A stretch of 64,000 nt of DNA from Phoronis australis (lineage: Eukaryota > Animalia > Phoronida), in contig NMRA01000613.1 in NCBI GenBank assembly GCA_002633005.1, positions 124,001 through 188,000 of the forward strand, given 5' to 3'. Under the pieces are notes generated by a model. The model searched no databases. It was not told where the DNA came from and was given only the letters and a program-made list of their open reading frames with translations. A program made the position numbers and the translations under genes. Of this stretch, positions 1 through 12,806 are shown piece by piece. The stretch's first letter is position 1; every line of letters begins with the position of its first letter.

Positions 1-2892
1 GGATTATCGATACTGGTCAAAATTTGCTACAAAAACAGGATGGAGGTTTGTTTACACATGGACCAACAATGGCACGAATGTTTTCATTGGCTTAAAAAAC
101 ATGATTTTTGAGTAGGAAAACAACCACAGATGCGGTACTATGAATCCAGGCATCTCTACAGGGATCAATTAAGGCAAAAAGCCATAATATGTCTGAGAAG
201 ATATACAGCAGTCAGCATGGTTTAATGTAAAAACAAATGTATTGAGCACTAACAAATAATCATATCCAGGGCCAACAGAGGAAAAATGTGCCTGTGCCTT
301 CTGGAGGGTACTTTTTCATGTTAGGGGAAAATGGCTGCACCCTCGTCACCACCAATTCGTGGGCGAGCGAGTTACAAGTGAGTCTACACTTGGGATCTTT
401 AATCATTGAAGGGGGACTGTTGGTTATGATGAATAGACTTTCAGTGATTTAAAAGTATTTTTCATAGAGGAATGGAGCCGATACTCGAGGGACCTAACTG
501 TGACATCTCTACTCAAAACAGTCCAGTATCCAAAAGGATATTATCAAACATTATACCCCTTTCCAATTTTCTGGTAGAATGCAGTCACCCAGCTTATACC
601 CATTGCCATATACATGCTTCATGTAGTTTCCTAGACATTCCACCATTTTGGTATCAAACACTGAGACATTCACAATACCAGCCAGACTGGAAACAGCTGC
701 TTGTAAACAAAACCATACTGTCCAAACATCAACCTGTTTGCCCCAACACACAATCCAATCAGTTGTAGGATAATCTGCTCAAGAAATACCCACCAGCTAC
801 TTCCCCCTTTCAACTGGCTTCCCAAGATGATTTGTGCACATGGTGGTTTAAGCCACTTGATTTACGCGCGATCACCAGGCTGACAACACTGACAGCATGA
901 AAGGAAAATGTTTTCACAAGCCCAGAGCTGAGCTCAAATGGTTAAGAGGGTTTGTCAGATACTGATTGCCCTGATTACCTTCCAGCAGGTTTCCTCAGAC
1001 TAAGAAAGGGTCGAAAAATATAGATCTACGTCCCCATAGTGAACACTTGGATGCAATCCCAAACATTAGCTATAAAAATTCACTTGAAATTCCTTAGAAA
1101 AGATCCCCACCTTTGAATAATACGGAACTGAAGAGAGCGTTCATTTTTTTCAAATTATTAAAATTCAGTTTGTAAATTGAATGACCATGATTGGCACATT
1201 TCTGGGGTTGAAAATTGATATCTTGATAAACAGTGCCTGGACAACCTCCCTATTGAACACATCACCCAGATGGGTAGCTTAACCCTAACACTGGAGAATA
1301 GCTGAGAGCCCTTGATTCAAATTTCCCCCTAACCGTTTATCTTGATCTAGGACATCCATTGAAATGGGACCACTGGAGCATGTCAAAACAGACAGTGAGA
1401 GGATGTTCACAATTATCGCCATCGTCAAAGTATGCTTTATGGATGGGGCCTCAATCTTGCTTAGAGTGTGTGATTTTGACTCCTTGAAATCGACAAACCA
1501 AAGACCACATTAAAAGGCTTTTATTGCTTTTCGTTATGATTAAATAAATTATGAAATAACCAACACTTTTAATACTGCCATCAATTTTTGACATCCAGCC
1601 ACCTTCGTTATGGTTGACTAAATTATATACAGTCATGTTGCATATAAATCATCATCTGTCAATAAATTGTCATTCTGCACACTTTTGGGGAGGTGGGAGA
1701 AGGGGTCAGAAAAGGTCTAAATTTGCTGCAGTTATGAAAAAGCCACAGAGAGCGCTACCTTAGGAGAACATAAATGACACAAACATACTACAATGTTTAT
1801 CACTTATGTGTGTTTAATAGCCTATCATAAATTTTTTACTAAGTAAATCTGGAAATGTATTATAGTCACTAAACTACCCTGAGAGTTTTTACTTATGCAA
1901 AATCTATTTTTCTTAAAGGACTACATATCATACTTTTAGTTTAAAAAATCTTTTATATTTAACATTATGCAAATAAACAATTGTCAGTTTTTAAAATCAA
2001 AGATGGCATGTACATTGGATAGTTGAAACAGTGAAGCAAACCCAGTCAAATGCATCAACATGTTAAAACTATTTTTGGCATGTGGCTTTAACAGATGGCG
2101 GGGATAAGTTGGCCATTATTAAGGCAACATTTGATATTTTCTGTCAACTCAACTAGTGCAACATATGGGAGAGAGAGAAAGAGAGAGGGAGGGAGGGAGA
2201 GAGTTAAAAATGCTGTGAGGCTTGGCACAATTGGACTCACATACAGAAAAAATCTCTAAAATAAATCCATTGAATTTTTAATTCACAGACTTCAAACACC
2301 TTTTTTCAGTATGGCGCAATGTACCCGTACCTTTCTAACCCGAGATTTCAATACAGCTGATTTCAGTTGAAACACAAAAACATTTGGGCACAGCAATCCC
2401 CAATAGGAGGGAAGGTGAGATGAGTAACAATGTAGTGAAGAGTGGAGTCGGTCTTGGTGAGTGATTCCCAGTCATGTCATTCCTTGCACACGTCCTCGGC
2501 ATTACAGAGAAATCTTGTTATTTTATTTGAACCAAAATTTGTCCTTGGCAAACTTAAATGGCTGTTACAAAAGCAAACCATTAGTATGGCTGTGTTTACT
2601 GAGTAAACGGTTAAGTCCAAGCTTTTCAAATGGCGTGGGGTTTAAACGCAGAAGGAATCGACTAGAGCGAAATGAAAATCATCCTCAATCAAATTCAAAA
2701 CAAATAAACTACGGAGCGTGAGTTGTCTTAAAATCATTTCTAATTTAAAGACGCAAAAATGATCAGAAAACTCCTCCTATTTGCAAGCAGACGCGTGTAT
2801 TACTCGAGACGTTAGCGCGTGTACAACACCTTCACTGAATCGGTAAAAGCGAAGTATGAATAGGTAGATAAACAAACCGTGTAATGACCTAC

Positions 2893-2947
2893 CTGAAGTA
2901 GCGATAACAAGCAGGGACAAAATACTGTAGAACCGTTTTGTATCCAT
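2893..2947 (-). CDS. Probable first coding exon (signal peptide) of an unidentified secreted or membrane protein; downstream exons not identified and may lie left of the window
   Basis: The minus strand reads ATG GAT ACA AAA CGG TTC TAC AGT ATT TTG TCC CTG CTT GTT ATC GCT ACT TCA G|gtaggt = MDTKRFYSILSLLVIATS. This has a basic n-region, a hydrophobic core and a phase-1 strong donor. CpG-rich promoter-like sequence lies upstream at about 3050-3400. Confidence 0.45.
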
Positions 2948-3316
2948 ACTGGGATAAAAGTCCTTCAAATAATCACTGGAAGCGTAGAAGTTAAGTCATT
3001 TACGTAGATGTTTCACTGTTGTCACTATACCATTCTCGATTACAAACACAAACGGAAACTCGGAATGACTTCGCTTAGCACGCTCGACTCGTGCGACTAA
3101 AACCATTTTGAAGGGATGACATCGCCACCTTGCACACAGATTGCGATTCGCGGAGGAAAGTAGTTCACCAGTTACACACAATAATGCAGCGTACATTACC
3201 ACAAAGTATAATCAAACTATCCAAATGAATTAATATTTGAGTTTTTTTGTGCTGTGCGTAAAACCATCACTTGATATTAATCTCAAGTACCCCAATTTAA
3301 TATTGGTGAATATTGC

Positions 3317-3329
3317 AGGTCAAAGGTCA
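3317..3329 (+). promoter_or_regulatory. Perfect DR1 nuclear-receptor-type element AGGTCA-A-AGGTCA
   Basis: Exact sequence aggtcaaaggtca, about 370 bp upstream of the putative minus-strand ATG at 2947. Function is not demonstrated. Confidence 0.35.
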
Positions 3330-4103
3330 CACAGGTAGCAGACTCCCAAGAGGCAGGTTGTGCTTGTACATGTATTGTGGCTGAGGCTTCTCGAGATCTT
3401 ACATGTATTTGGTGCACTCAATATCGGGTTATTTGTGAACAAAAATATGATATTCATGATGAAATGACTGTTTTAATCAACATATGAACAATTTGCTCAC
3501 GTATTCTAACAAAATAACGAGAGAGCAAGTTAATTAGTTTACTGACTACCGTAATCAAGCAGTTTCACAATGAACTCCCGACAAACTGATTGCTAGTTTA
3601 ATGTTGTCTTTGAGCAATCCAGGAAATTTGAAAGTGCTTCAGCAGTGCTAAATTGTCATAATACATTGAACATACAAAATTGTATATTTTAGATTTGTGA
3701 AAAAAGTCAAAATATAGCTATTTTGCCTTCAAAATACAAGAATGTTTTTTAAAATTATTAATGATAGTACTTTATTTTCCTGGTCACAAAGGAAGCCAAA
3801 AGAATTTTTAAATTCACACTTAAAAAAGCAAAAATCTTATAAATCGTTTTCGTCACATTCTCCCCGTTGGTCGGCATTAGTAGTTAAAAATTTTAATGTC
3901 ACTTTTAAAGCAGAAGGTAATACTTATCACCGATTGAACGATTACACAGAGATCAAATTGTCCTGAGTTCTGCAACCTAAACCAGTGGACCTTGTCTTTG
4001 TGCTGCCTCAAAAACACTTTTCAAACTCTTGAACAGAAATAAAAAACTTTAGAGAAGGATATGTCAGATATCTAGATAAAAATATTTCATTTCCGCTCTT
4101 GCA

Positions 4104-4195
4104 CATGGGCGGCGCACCATACGGGAATAGGGGTGCCCCCCCCCCCCCCCCNCCCCCCCCCCCCCCCCACTTATTTCAACGCTACACCGCCCATG
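4104..4195. mobile_element. Tiny MITE with CATGGGCGG..CCGCCCATG TIRs and a near-perfect 5-bp TSD (TTGCA/TTACA)
   Basis: Termini are catgggcggcgcacc and ctacaccgcccatg, with an internal poly-C run containing one N. Relatives occur at 34464-34535 and 47738-47867. Confidence 0.65.
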
Positions 4196-5135
4196 TTACA
4201 GCTATTATTGCTCTATGCGTCACTGAACTGAGCGACACTATGCGGATAGGATACTGTCATTCATTTGATTGAATACTGAAACATTTGGGAATAAGTTCGC
4301 TTCATACACCACGTATGTGCTGTTCTTTGTCCTTAATCGAATTTCTTGTTTTGTTTCACATCTTCTTTCGTTGTCAGTTTCGCATTTGTATTTGTTAGCA
4401 TAGTAGAGACGGTGGACACCTTCTAATGGACCGGAGACCTTAATATATGTAGGTAGTGCCACGCAAACTGTATAAAAAGTTCATGACTAGACTGATTTTA
4501 GGTTTGTGACGGGTAATATACACATTGCTTACCTAGAAAGGTTTGGTGCTTTGTCTTATTTTTGCAGTTCAAGGCCGAACTGTAGAAAAAAGGAAACAAT
4601 AACCGGCAAAACAGACACAGAACGAAATTGTAAAGTTGTGAACGCTTCAGCCCCAACAGCTCGTTAACTAATTTAGGTCACCCTTTTTTCATTTTGCTGT
4701 TCATGTGCATTTTAAGAAACACAATTTTCCTGGCCCAACATTTTGATTAGTACAGAACATTTCGTTAGGTTTGGAGAGCGCATTTCTCCACGAAGTGATA
4801 TATCATGAGAATTAAAAATTGGCTCGTACTTCTTTGGAATAAATTCCGTATAGACTAGTAGTCGAGAAAACCTAGTGTGTTCTCGTGGTTCTCATGTAAT
4901 ACACATATCTCCGAGTCTTGCGTGAGCTTGTGTTTTGGCGAGGTTCTTGCATCTAAAACATGCACGTCTTGTGTCTTGTAACGTCATTTAAACAATTAAT
5001 GATTTCACTTAGTAGACCTATTCCCGGGCCACGGTCCGCCCAATTTCCGACTCAGACTCAGACTCGAAATGAAGCCACTCGAATATGCATACTAATTTGT
5101 ACATGTAAGTTTACTCGAAGCATGCCAGCATATCG

Positions 5136-5407
5136 CATGCGCGCACCCAGTCTAAAAATGGGGGCTCGAATTTTTGAGAATGTGGACCTCTTACTAAGAT
5201 TCACGGGTACGTTCAGAGCTATGAATTGTGCATTCGCCGAATTTTGGTCGTTCCTGCCTTTTTAGTGGACTTTTGTCTCGTTTTTTAATCTTTTCGGAGT
5301 TTTTGCTTCTCTGAGGCGGACCTTTTTGCCCACTTAGCCAAATTGGGGGGTGGTGGAGGGGGCTCGTTCGAGATCGCCGAGCCCGAGCCCCCCTGGGTGT
5401 GCTCATG
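5136..5407. mobile_element. MITE with CATGCGCGCACCCAG-type TIRs
   Basis: Left end catgcgcgcacccag, right end ctgggtgtgctcatg. Same family as 62617-62847. An internal piece (ctgaggcggaccttttgccc..gccaaattgggggg) recurs in tubulin intron 1 at about 22041-22080. Confidence 0.65.
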
Positions 5408-8400
5408 CATTGGTAAAATTTCCAGTCGTGTTTTGAGTAGGACTACAGAGAACAGACCCCCGGGCCCCGGGCGTTCCTGTTATCCTACGGGCTTTTCTCA
5501 TAACCAGAATTCCCTATATTTTGCGTTCCGGAGAGATACCGGTACTGATGCAGTCGTTTGTATATAGATGTAGGCCTTTAAGTCTATGGTAAGTCACGTG
5601 TCGCGCAGATGGGTGAACTTTCACGGAAAAGGATGCTTGTCGACAAAATCCCCTATGAAAATATGCCTTATCAGATACCACTTTCTACAAAAGAATCCTA
5701 TTTGGTTGCAACGACACTTTTACTTTGGACAACAGGTTATTGTTTCAGCTGCCTAAGAATCCCCGGCTACGAAAGGGGTGAGTTTATGACACCGATTCCT
5801 AATAAAACAGGTTAGCTTTTCTAGTAAACCATAGCACAGTATAAGAGGGTGATTTTTTCGTAGAAGATCACTATAAAAGGGTTCCATTTTTTTGAGAGTA
5901 CTTTCAAAATGTGTGGGTATTGTAATTCCACCCCTCGTGCAAAATGAAGTCGTTTGCACCTGGAACTTTGCGCGGGTTACAAATGTGAGACGGTTTGAAG
6001 TGAAGGCCTACGTTTTTTATTACACGTATTTCGTGTGAGTCTTTTACGCTGAAAATTTCCGGCTAAATTTTAACCTTTTCGTAAGTTTATACAAACAAGA
6101 AAGAATGAAATCCTGACCTCAAATGTCCAATGGCCTTCAACTAAACTTTTCGCCGATTGCAGGACCAACACCGGCTTGTTGAAATTGTTTGGAGGAACAC
6201 GGCAAAGGAAAATCAGAACGACATTCCAACAAATATTCTGAACAAGTTTGCACCAATTTTCGCCCATTGATAATTGCCTAAACCCATCATTGAAACTACA
6301 ACACATTGCAAGTATAAAACGTTGGTTTTGTTTCGACTTTTGAACAAAACAAAAAGAAATTAAGCCAGAGCCCATCCTTTACCCGATAAATACAAAAATA
6401 CAGAACGTACAATTAAAAAAAAACCAAGAATACTTTTCTGATGATGACATAAATTTTATAGCAAAATATGAAAACTTCAGAAAACGATTCAGAAGTACAA
6501 AAGATACGCCGTGAACAAAGTTCAAGACTTGATAGTGTCTCGGTGTCTCAGTCATGTTTCTAAGATTGCCGAGATTTGTTGCCGATGTTGAATGAAATTT
6601 TAACAAACCCCGTCAAAAATTACGACGTTGAAATACAAATGACTCCTAGTCATTTTTAAAGAGGTTTAGGTTTGACGAGACATCCCCCCATATTGATCAA
6701 CAGATAAGTGACAAGCCAAAAATTAAACGGACCGGTGAAATAATGACCAAGGACAACACTAAATCGCGGTATTTGACGTGACAATGGTTGCGCCATCTTT
6801 TGTTGAGATGTTTTTTCGCTGCTTGGTTTCCTACTGACACTAAACATGCGAAACGTAATGTAATCATAAAATTCGTTCTCCATTAAAGTGTGCAATACAG
6901 TAAGCGTTGCACCCTGGACGAGAATTATTAAACTGTCGATCTCGTTTTTAGTCAAACTCGAACTTCATTTTCAGTGCAGCCAAAAACAAAACTATCCTTT
7001 GATTCTAACACAAACATGTTTTACAGTGCCTGAGGTCTGACGTCATATTTTTTGCATTTTATGCTCTCTCCGGCCATAGCAAATTTGTTTTAGCGTATTT
7101 TGTCAAATGCTAATGCAAAACTTTCAGTAAAAAGTATTGATTTAAAAAAGCGTTCAGTTGAAGTTTGGGTAAAGGGTATTTTTTATTTCTGGTGAGGGAA
7201 ATAGCGTTATCTCCACAAATCAGTTATAAATACGCGATTGTATTAGACTCAAACACTAGACAAATGGTGATATTATTGAACAGCATTGCCCAGCTTTTAA
7301 TGTCAAAGCATCGCACATTCAAGAAACAAAATCACCTTTGTCACAGATACTATTACCATAAAAGAGTGTCATAATCTGCGAAACATGAAAATCAAATTGC
7401 CATGCACTTGTTTTCACGCTTAAAGGAATGGGCGGAATGACTTGATTAAGTGTTACTAAGATTACGAAGAATAAATTGGAATGAATATTATTTTCTTTGG
7501 TTATACTGAGATCGGAATGGCTCTTACAGGTGTTAATTTTGGTTTACATTTTCTAGTTCCCTGTTTTTTAGTCATTTTCATTGGTTTTGAATTGTTTAGA
7601 ATTGAAACTAGACAAAATTTTACAAGTTTCCTCAATGTTTTATTTTTTTTTCCACAAACATGCTGAAACCGCCATTTGATTGCCAATATTTCAGACTTTC
7701 CAGTTCAAAGATCACAATTCATTTCGATAAATAATATACAACATTCCGGCGGCTTAAGGCTATCCAGGGCCTTAATAAATGACCTCAACTCTTAAGTTCA
7801 GTATCGAAAAAAGTTGCTTTGTCAACCATTAAAAGTATATATTTTCCGAAATGAGAAAGATCGTTAATTCTAAAAATATGCTTCTTACTACCGTGTCACG
7901 TGACCACGATTTTAAGTAAAATTTTTATGTGCAAGAAAAGTGCATTCATAGCAAAATAACCCCCACCCAGCTGATTTAGTAAAACTTTTTTCACAAATGA
8001 AAACTTTACGTTTTGTCTCAAAACATTTTTAGGATATTGCGTGTGTTTTAAATGAAAACACGTGATTTTGGTTACATCTTTCTAGTTGCGAGACAGCTAC
8101 TGAACTATACCCGGGTCTCTCAAGAGATCTACCCGACAGTTAGTCTGCCACTGTCTCCATCCACCACCAGTTTTGTTTGCCCAATACCCCCGTGTTTCTT
8201 GCACTTACGTTGCACTCATATTTACTGTGTGGATCGAGTGGTAGTCATGGGTTGCTGCTGTACAAACTAATAGTTTCTGTGCAACCCTTCCTTGAATAAA
8301 ATAGATTGATATTTTCTACCTTGTCTTGCTGTTTGAATTTCCACACTTGTAAATTCTTGATAAATAGTTTTGCCTTTAAGTACAATCTAATTATTGTAAG

Positions 8401-8724
8401 AGCAGTTGAGATGTTACGAAATAATGGAAACAAAAATACATATAAATTATAAATTACATCGATGTTTTACCATTGTATGAAAGGCCACATCATGAAAAGA
8501 ATGAATTTCTTAAAGTGCTAGCTGTAACTACTAGGATGTAACAGAGTCGTATAAGTTACGTCATATACAGAACGTAAAAGTAACACGAAAATGACAAGTT
8601 AAAGTATTTAGCCCGAAAAGCGTCTCTGCTCTGCATCGGTGAACGGACAGTCCACATTCAAATTGTTTAGACGGAAGTATTGCAATGTCACCAAAGCAGC
8701 ATTAGCTCGAAGATTTCTGGGAAT

Positions 8725-11004
8725 TTATCTGTACCACTTCCTTTCAACATGCCTATGTGCTATTTTATCTGCAAGTGAAGAGAAAATGAAGATAATTTCA
8801 CGATGCACACTACATCTATATAAGCAACAGGGCGGTAAAGAAACAGGGTCATACTTAGATATTTTTGCCTTTTTACCGTCTTTCATGTAACCAATACTTG
8901 AAAGCAAAAATTGAGAAGTGGAGAATCCAAACAATATTTTGTGCTGCCTCGATTTAGGACCATTCACTTTAGACGTTTAGGTCATGAATTAACTTTGATG
9001 TTGTGAATGAAACGGCTTTGGGACTGATGTAAAGACTGTAAATTTATAATTGGCTTCGTAGCACGTGGAACGACATACTTACAACTTAACATTACTTAAA
9101 GAGCCTAACCTTTAAATCACTTGACACTTAAAAAAAACCAAAAACACACCCTGCAAACTTCCGGTACATTCACATATGAAGGAAGCTTTTCCTGACTTTG
9201 GCAAAATGGTCACTGATCGATCGGAAATCACTTTACTCCAGAGCTTCGACCTTGTCCAAAACCACGTGCTCGGTCTGGAAATGACGAGTAGAATGAGTCA
9301 AGCAAGTGTTTTAGTCAAGGTTAGGAGGGGCCCTAAGGAAGTCGGGGGCCTATGCGTAAATTTTTGGATGATTGAATTTGAGAAGAATCATCACCATTAT
9401 CGTAAACCTAAACCACCTACATCCACACCCTGACAACGTAATCACACAACACTAAAACGAAGTGATCACGACCATGTCTTTTTAGGATACGAAACTCATG
9501 ACCGTAACAGAACCCTAAAACCACCTATAATTTTAGTAAAAAACAGATTGGGTCTAGTTTGTAAACTCAAAGTCGTCTAAATGAAATCTTAATGTATAGG
9601 TAGTTGCGTAAACAAAACTATACCCCGAGAGGTTCATATTCATATGTCACATTCAAAGCGTGTACTTACGTCTGATTAAAATCGATCTTTAAAATTTTTT
9701 CCATGTTCTTTACAGCGTTGTTTGGAAAACCGCGAAACAAGTGCGCATGTCTGTCAGCTTTCTTGCACAGCATCTTGGCGTGATCGTAAGAAACCAGACC
9801 TTTAAAGACTTTATATGACATTTCACCAAATCCCAAATTCATCTTGAAGAAGCCTTTACCTGAAAAGAATGAGGTACAATCACGAATTTCCTTCCCAATA
9901 ATCTCTGATGCTCTGTACAAATCTTGATGTTCGGGATTATAGTCATTCTGTCTTGGCAGCTAGTGTTCCCAGAACTGTAGGAGGAATATCTTCTCAGTTC
10001 TCCGAGATGACACATTTTCTTCACTGAGGCTAATGCCGTTTTAAAGTAACTGACTAATTAAGAAAATTAAGAGCTTCCAGGGTGCTGAAACGCAACTTTT
10101 TGTCTCAAAAACTGATACTGCCACGAAGAAAGTTAAGAGTAGTTGCTCAAACAGTTCACAAATTCCATCAAGGTAATTAAGTTATAGGGTACCTCACGAA
10201 TCAGGAGCATTCAACAAGGGCCCCCGGAAAACTTATTAATAACTTTTACTGAGCAAAAATGGTGGCGACGACCCAGGAGACGGTTGAGGTGAGGTTTTAG
10301 GCAAAGAGTTCCTGGCACTAGGAAGAACGGTAAAAATTCCGACCTCACGACAAAGGACTGAAATTGCATCGACCATAACTGTGCCTAGTCAGGGTTAACT
10401 GGAGAATTTTATGGCGACTTGGCATCGGAAATTGTGGTGCGGGTTGAGGTAGAATTTGGCCCGCAAATGGGGCAAAATTTCGATGACACAGGGAAGCTCG
10501 AATTACTAAGTCACCTGTGCATCTTAAAGCTTGGGCCTGCGAGAAATCTTATTTCGGCACTGAGTTACAAAATCATAGGGTTGGGTCACCCATCCGAAGA
10601 TTATCACTTGTCCTCAACAGAATGTTAAAAGAACGCGGAAAGTTGCGACTGGTCTGATTTAATTCATTTCACAATGGTTGTGATGGTGGCGATGGCGATT
10701 GTGGGGGAGGATGATGGTAGTGATAATGGTGACATGCTAATGGCGGTGGTTGTCGTTATTGTGGTGGTGTACTGATTGTGATGCTGGTGTTAGCGATGAT
10801 GGTGGAAATGATAAAGGCGACTCTGGTACTGGTGGTGACGGTGATGATGGATGAGGATTTTGTACGTGATGATGGTACAGTTAATGGCGGCTATGTTGGC
10901 GCCATATCAAATATCTTGCAAGAGTACTTACACGGCCTGACTGTGCTTGAGACGCCAGTACTTGCCAACACCAGAAAACCAAGAAAAAAGACAATGCTCG
11001 ACAT
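8725..11004 (-). CDS. Small secreted cationic protein with a compact (long-loop-less) C-type-lectin-like domain; 4 exons, about 137 or 143 aa
   Basis: Exons are 11004-10932 (MSSIVFFLGFLVLASTGVSSTVRP, donor gtaagt), 9859-9670 (acceptor cttttcag, donor gtaagt), 9274-9168 or 9274-9150 (acceptor catttccag) and 8768-8725 (acceptor ttcacttgcag, TAA). All junction phases (1,2,1) are compatible. The protein is a signal peptide plus CKGFFKMNLGFGEMSYKVFKGLVSYDHAKMLCKKADRHAHLF..NNAVKNMEKILK..WFWTR..KASFICE(Y)KIAHRHVERKWYR. This matches the CTLD pattern YKxF / SWxxAxxxC / AHL / W-strand / FICE. Confidence 0.7.
10672..10880. repeat. Degenerate (GAT/GGT)n trinucleotide low-complexity tract in intron 1 of the lectin-like gene
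   Basis: Runs such as gatgatggtagtgataatggt and ggtggtgacggtgatgatgg. Confidence 0.7.
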
Positions 11005-12806
11005 CCTCCGCTTTGGTAGCTGGTCACAACTGAATTAATATCGAATTGTCGCCAGCTTTCAAACGTTGAATTTCAATTGTTTAACGACATTTCGCAAACT
11101 ATTCCCGGAAGGATGTCGTAAAGGTTTAGCAAATTTCGTAGTTTCCTTTGAAGTAAGAAAAGGATTTATTAACGCGGGTTGCTAAAACAACTGGACTACA
11201 AAAAAAAAAAAAAACTCGGAAATTGGAAAAAATCACGCTGTTCAAACTTTGGTTTAGAAATTCACCCCTCTTAAGTGCATTAGAACTGGCTAAAAATCAA
11301 TGCGGGGAGTTGGTTTAGAGTATACTCAACTCGTTAATCGTTTAAAAGAAAGACGAGAACTGATTACTTATTTGTAATTTCACGGAAAACACAGAGTGAC
11401 AACGTGTTTGTTCTCCAACAAAAACCACGTTTCCAGCGAGGAACAATAGGCGTGAAAAAGTTGCATTGCTCGAATAGGTTTGTAGATGTGGTAAATTGAT
11501 TTGTATTATTGCAGAGCTACCAATCGTATAATAATTATTTTAAACGGTTATAAAGCCGCGTTCGACAGACAAAATATAACCTAAGCCTTACGCCACTTTC
11601 TGTTGTAAAACTGCTTTCAACTTAAGCACAGATGTGAAATGATTTCTGGGCTACGGAAAAATTGACAGCTTATTAGTGCTGGAGACCATATTGGTAGTAT
11701 AACTGACACGTGACTTTGACACGCCAGTTTGTGGAGCTTGATCTCGAGCGTTAAGGAACTATTGTTCCGTTCAAGCCCAGGAATCGTCTTTAAGCCGAGT
11801 AAGGAACAATGAGACCGAATTCATGGTGCTAAGTGTCCCAAATCAAATTTTTCCCGGCGGCGGTTTTGTAGTCGCTTTTTAACACATCGTGACAAAGAGA
11901 TGCACTAAGCATTTAACATATGCATTCACGCTAATTCGATGTAATATCCGTCGATTTCCATACGACTTCATCATGGAAATCCATGGTTCGTGATATAGAT
12001 TTTCCGCGCAAACCGCATTTTGAAATAAAATGATTTGTTTAGGACACCCAGTCAAGCTTTGAGACGCTGTGATTAGTGACTGATCGTCTCTATGGCATAT
12101 CCCGTTCAGGTCACTCGGATTCTTATAGATTGCTTTGGCGTTTTCTTATTCTATGTCACTTTAAATCTTCAAGTTTGTACATTTCAAAAATCCTTAGATG
12201 TCTTATTTACTCTCTCTGGTCTTGTAGTTGTTCCGAAACTGGATTGACACTTGTTCTCAAGATTGAGTTTGAAACGTTAGGGTCACTCGACCAATCTTGA
12301 CCTCATCGTGAACAAAATAAGGTGGAACCTGCAATATTTCGGTACTTGATGTTTTATAGTACCAATTCTTTCTGCCACGACCGCGTGATTAATCTTCAAG
12401 TTCAGATAGCATGAATGAACTCGGAATTCCATGTTTATCTTGATATTCTAAGTTCACTCACGACATCGGGAACAGCTGATACTGTATGTACATGTGGATT
12501 TTTTGCATTAGCGAGAATTTACAACCATACCAGACAGGTCTACATTTCTATGACTTGACAAAACGTGTAACCAGATGTTTGTAATGCGCCCGTCCTCTGG
12601 CTTGAGTGACAAGCAAGGCAAACCTCACTGAACGGAGGAGCTGTGAAAACATTACATCGAAAAAATGTTCAATCGTTCATCTAAAATTCAATGCATGAAT
12701 GATGTGATTGGTTGTGTTCTATAGATACAAGTTGCGTTTCCAAGTGTCAGGCAATAAAATGTGCCCAAGACTTTTATTTTCAGTCAGAGCTGAACGGCCA
12801 CAGCTA

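Noticed and set aside
550-800. Faint resemblance of a minus-strand frame (LIGLCVGANRLMFGQYGFVYKQLF) to Penelope-type reverse transcriptase
   Set aside because: The following conserved motifs are missing and stops intervene; too weak to call without a profile search.
10778-11038. 86-aa plus-strand ORF rich in M/V/D
   Set aside because: It derives from the GAT/GGT low-complexity tract and is antisense to the signal-peptide exon.
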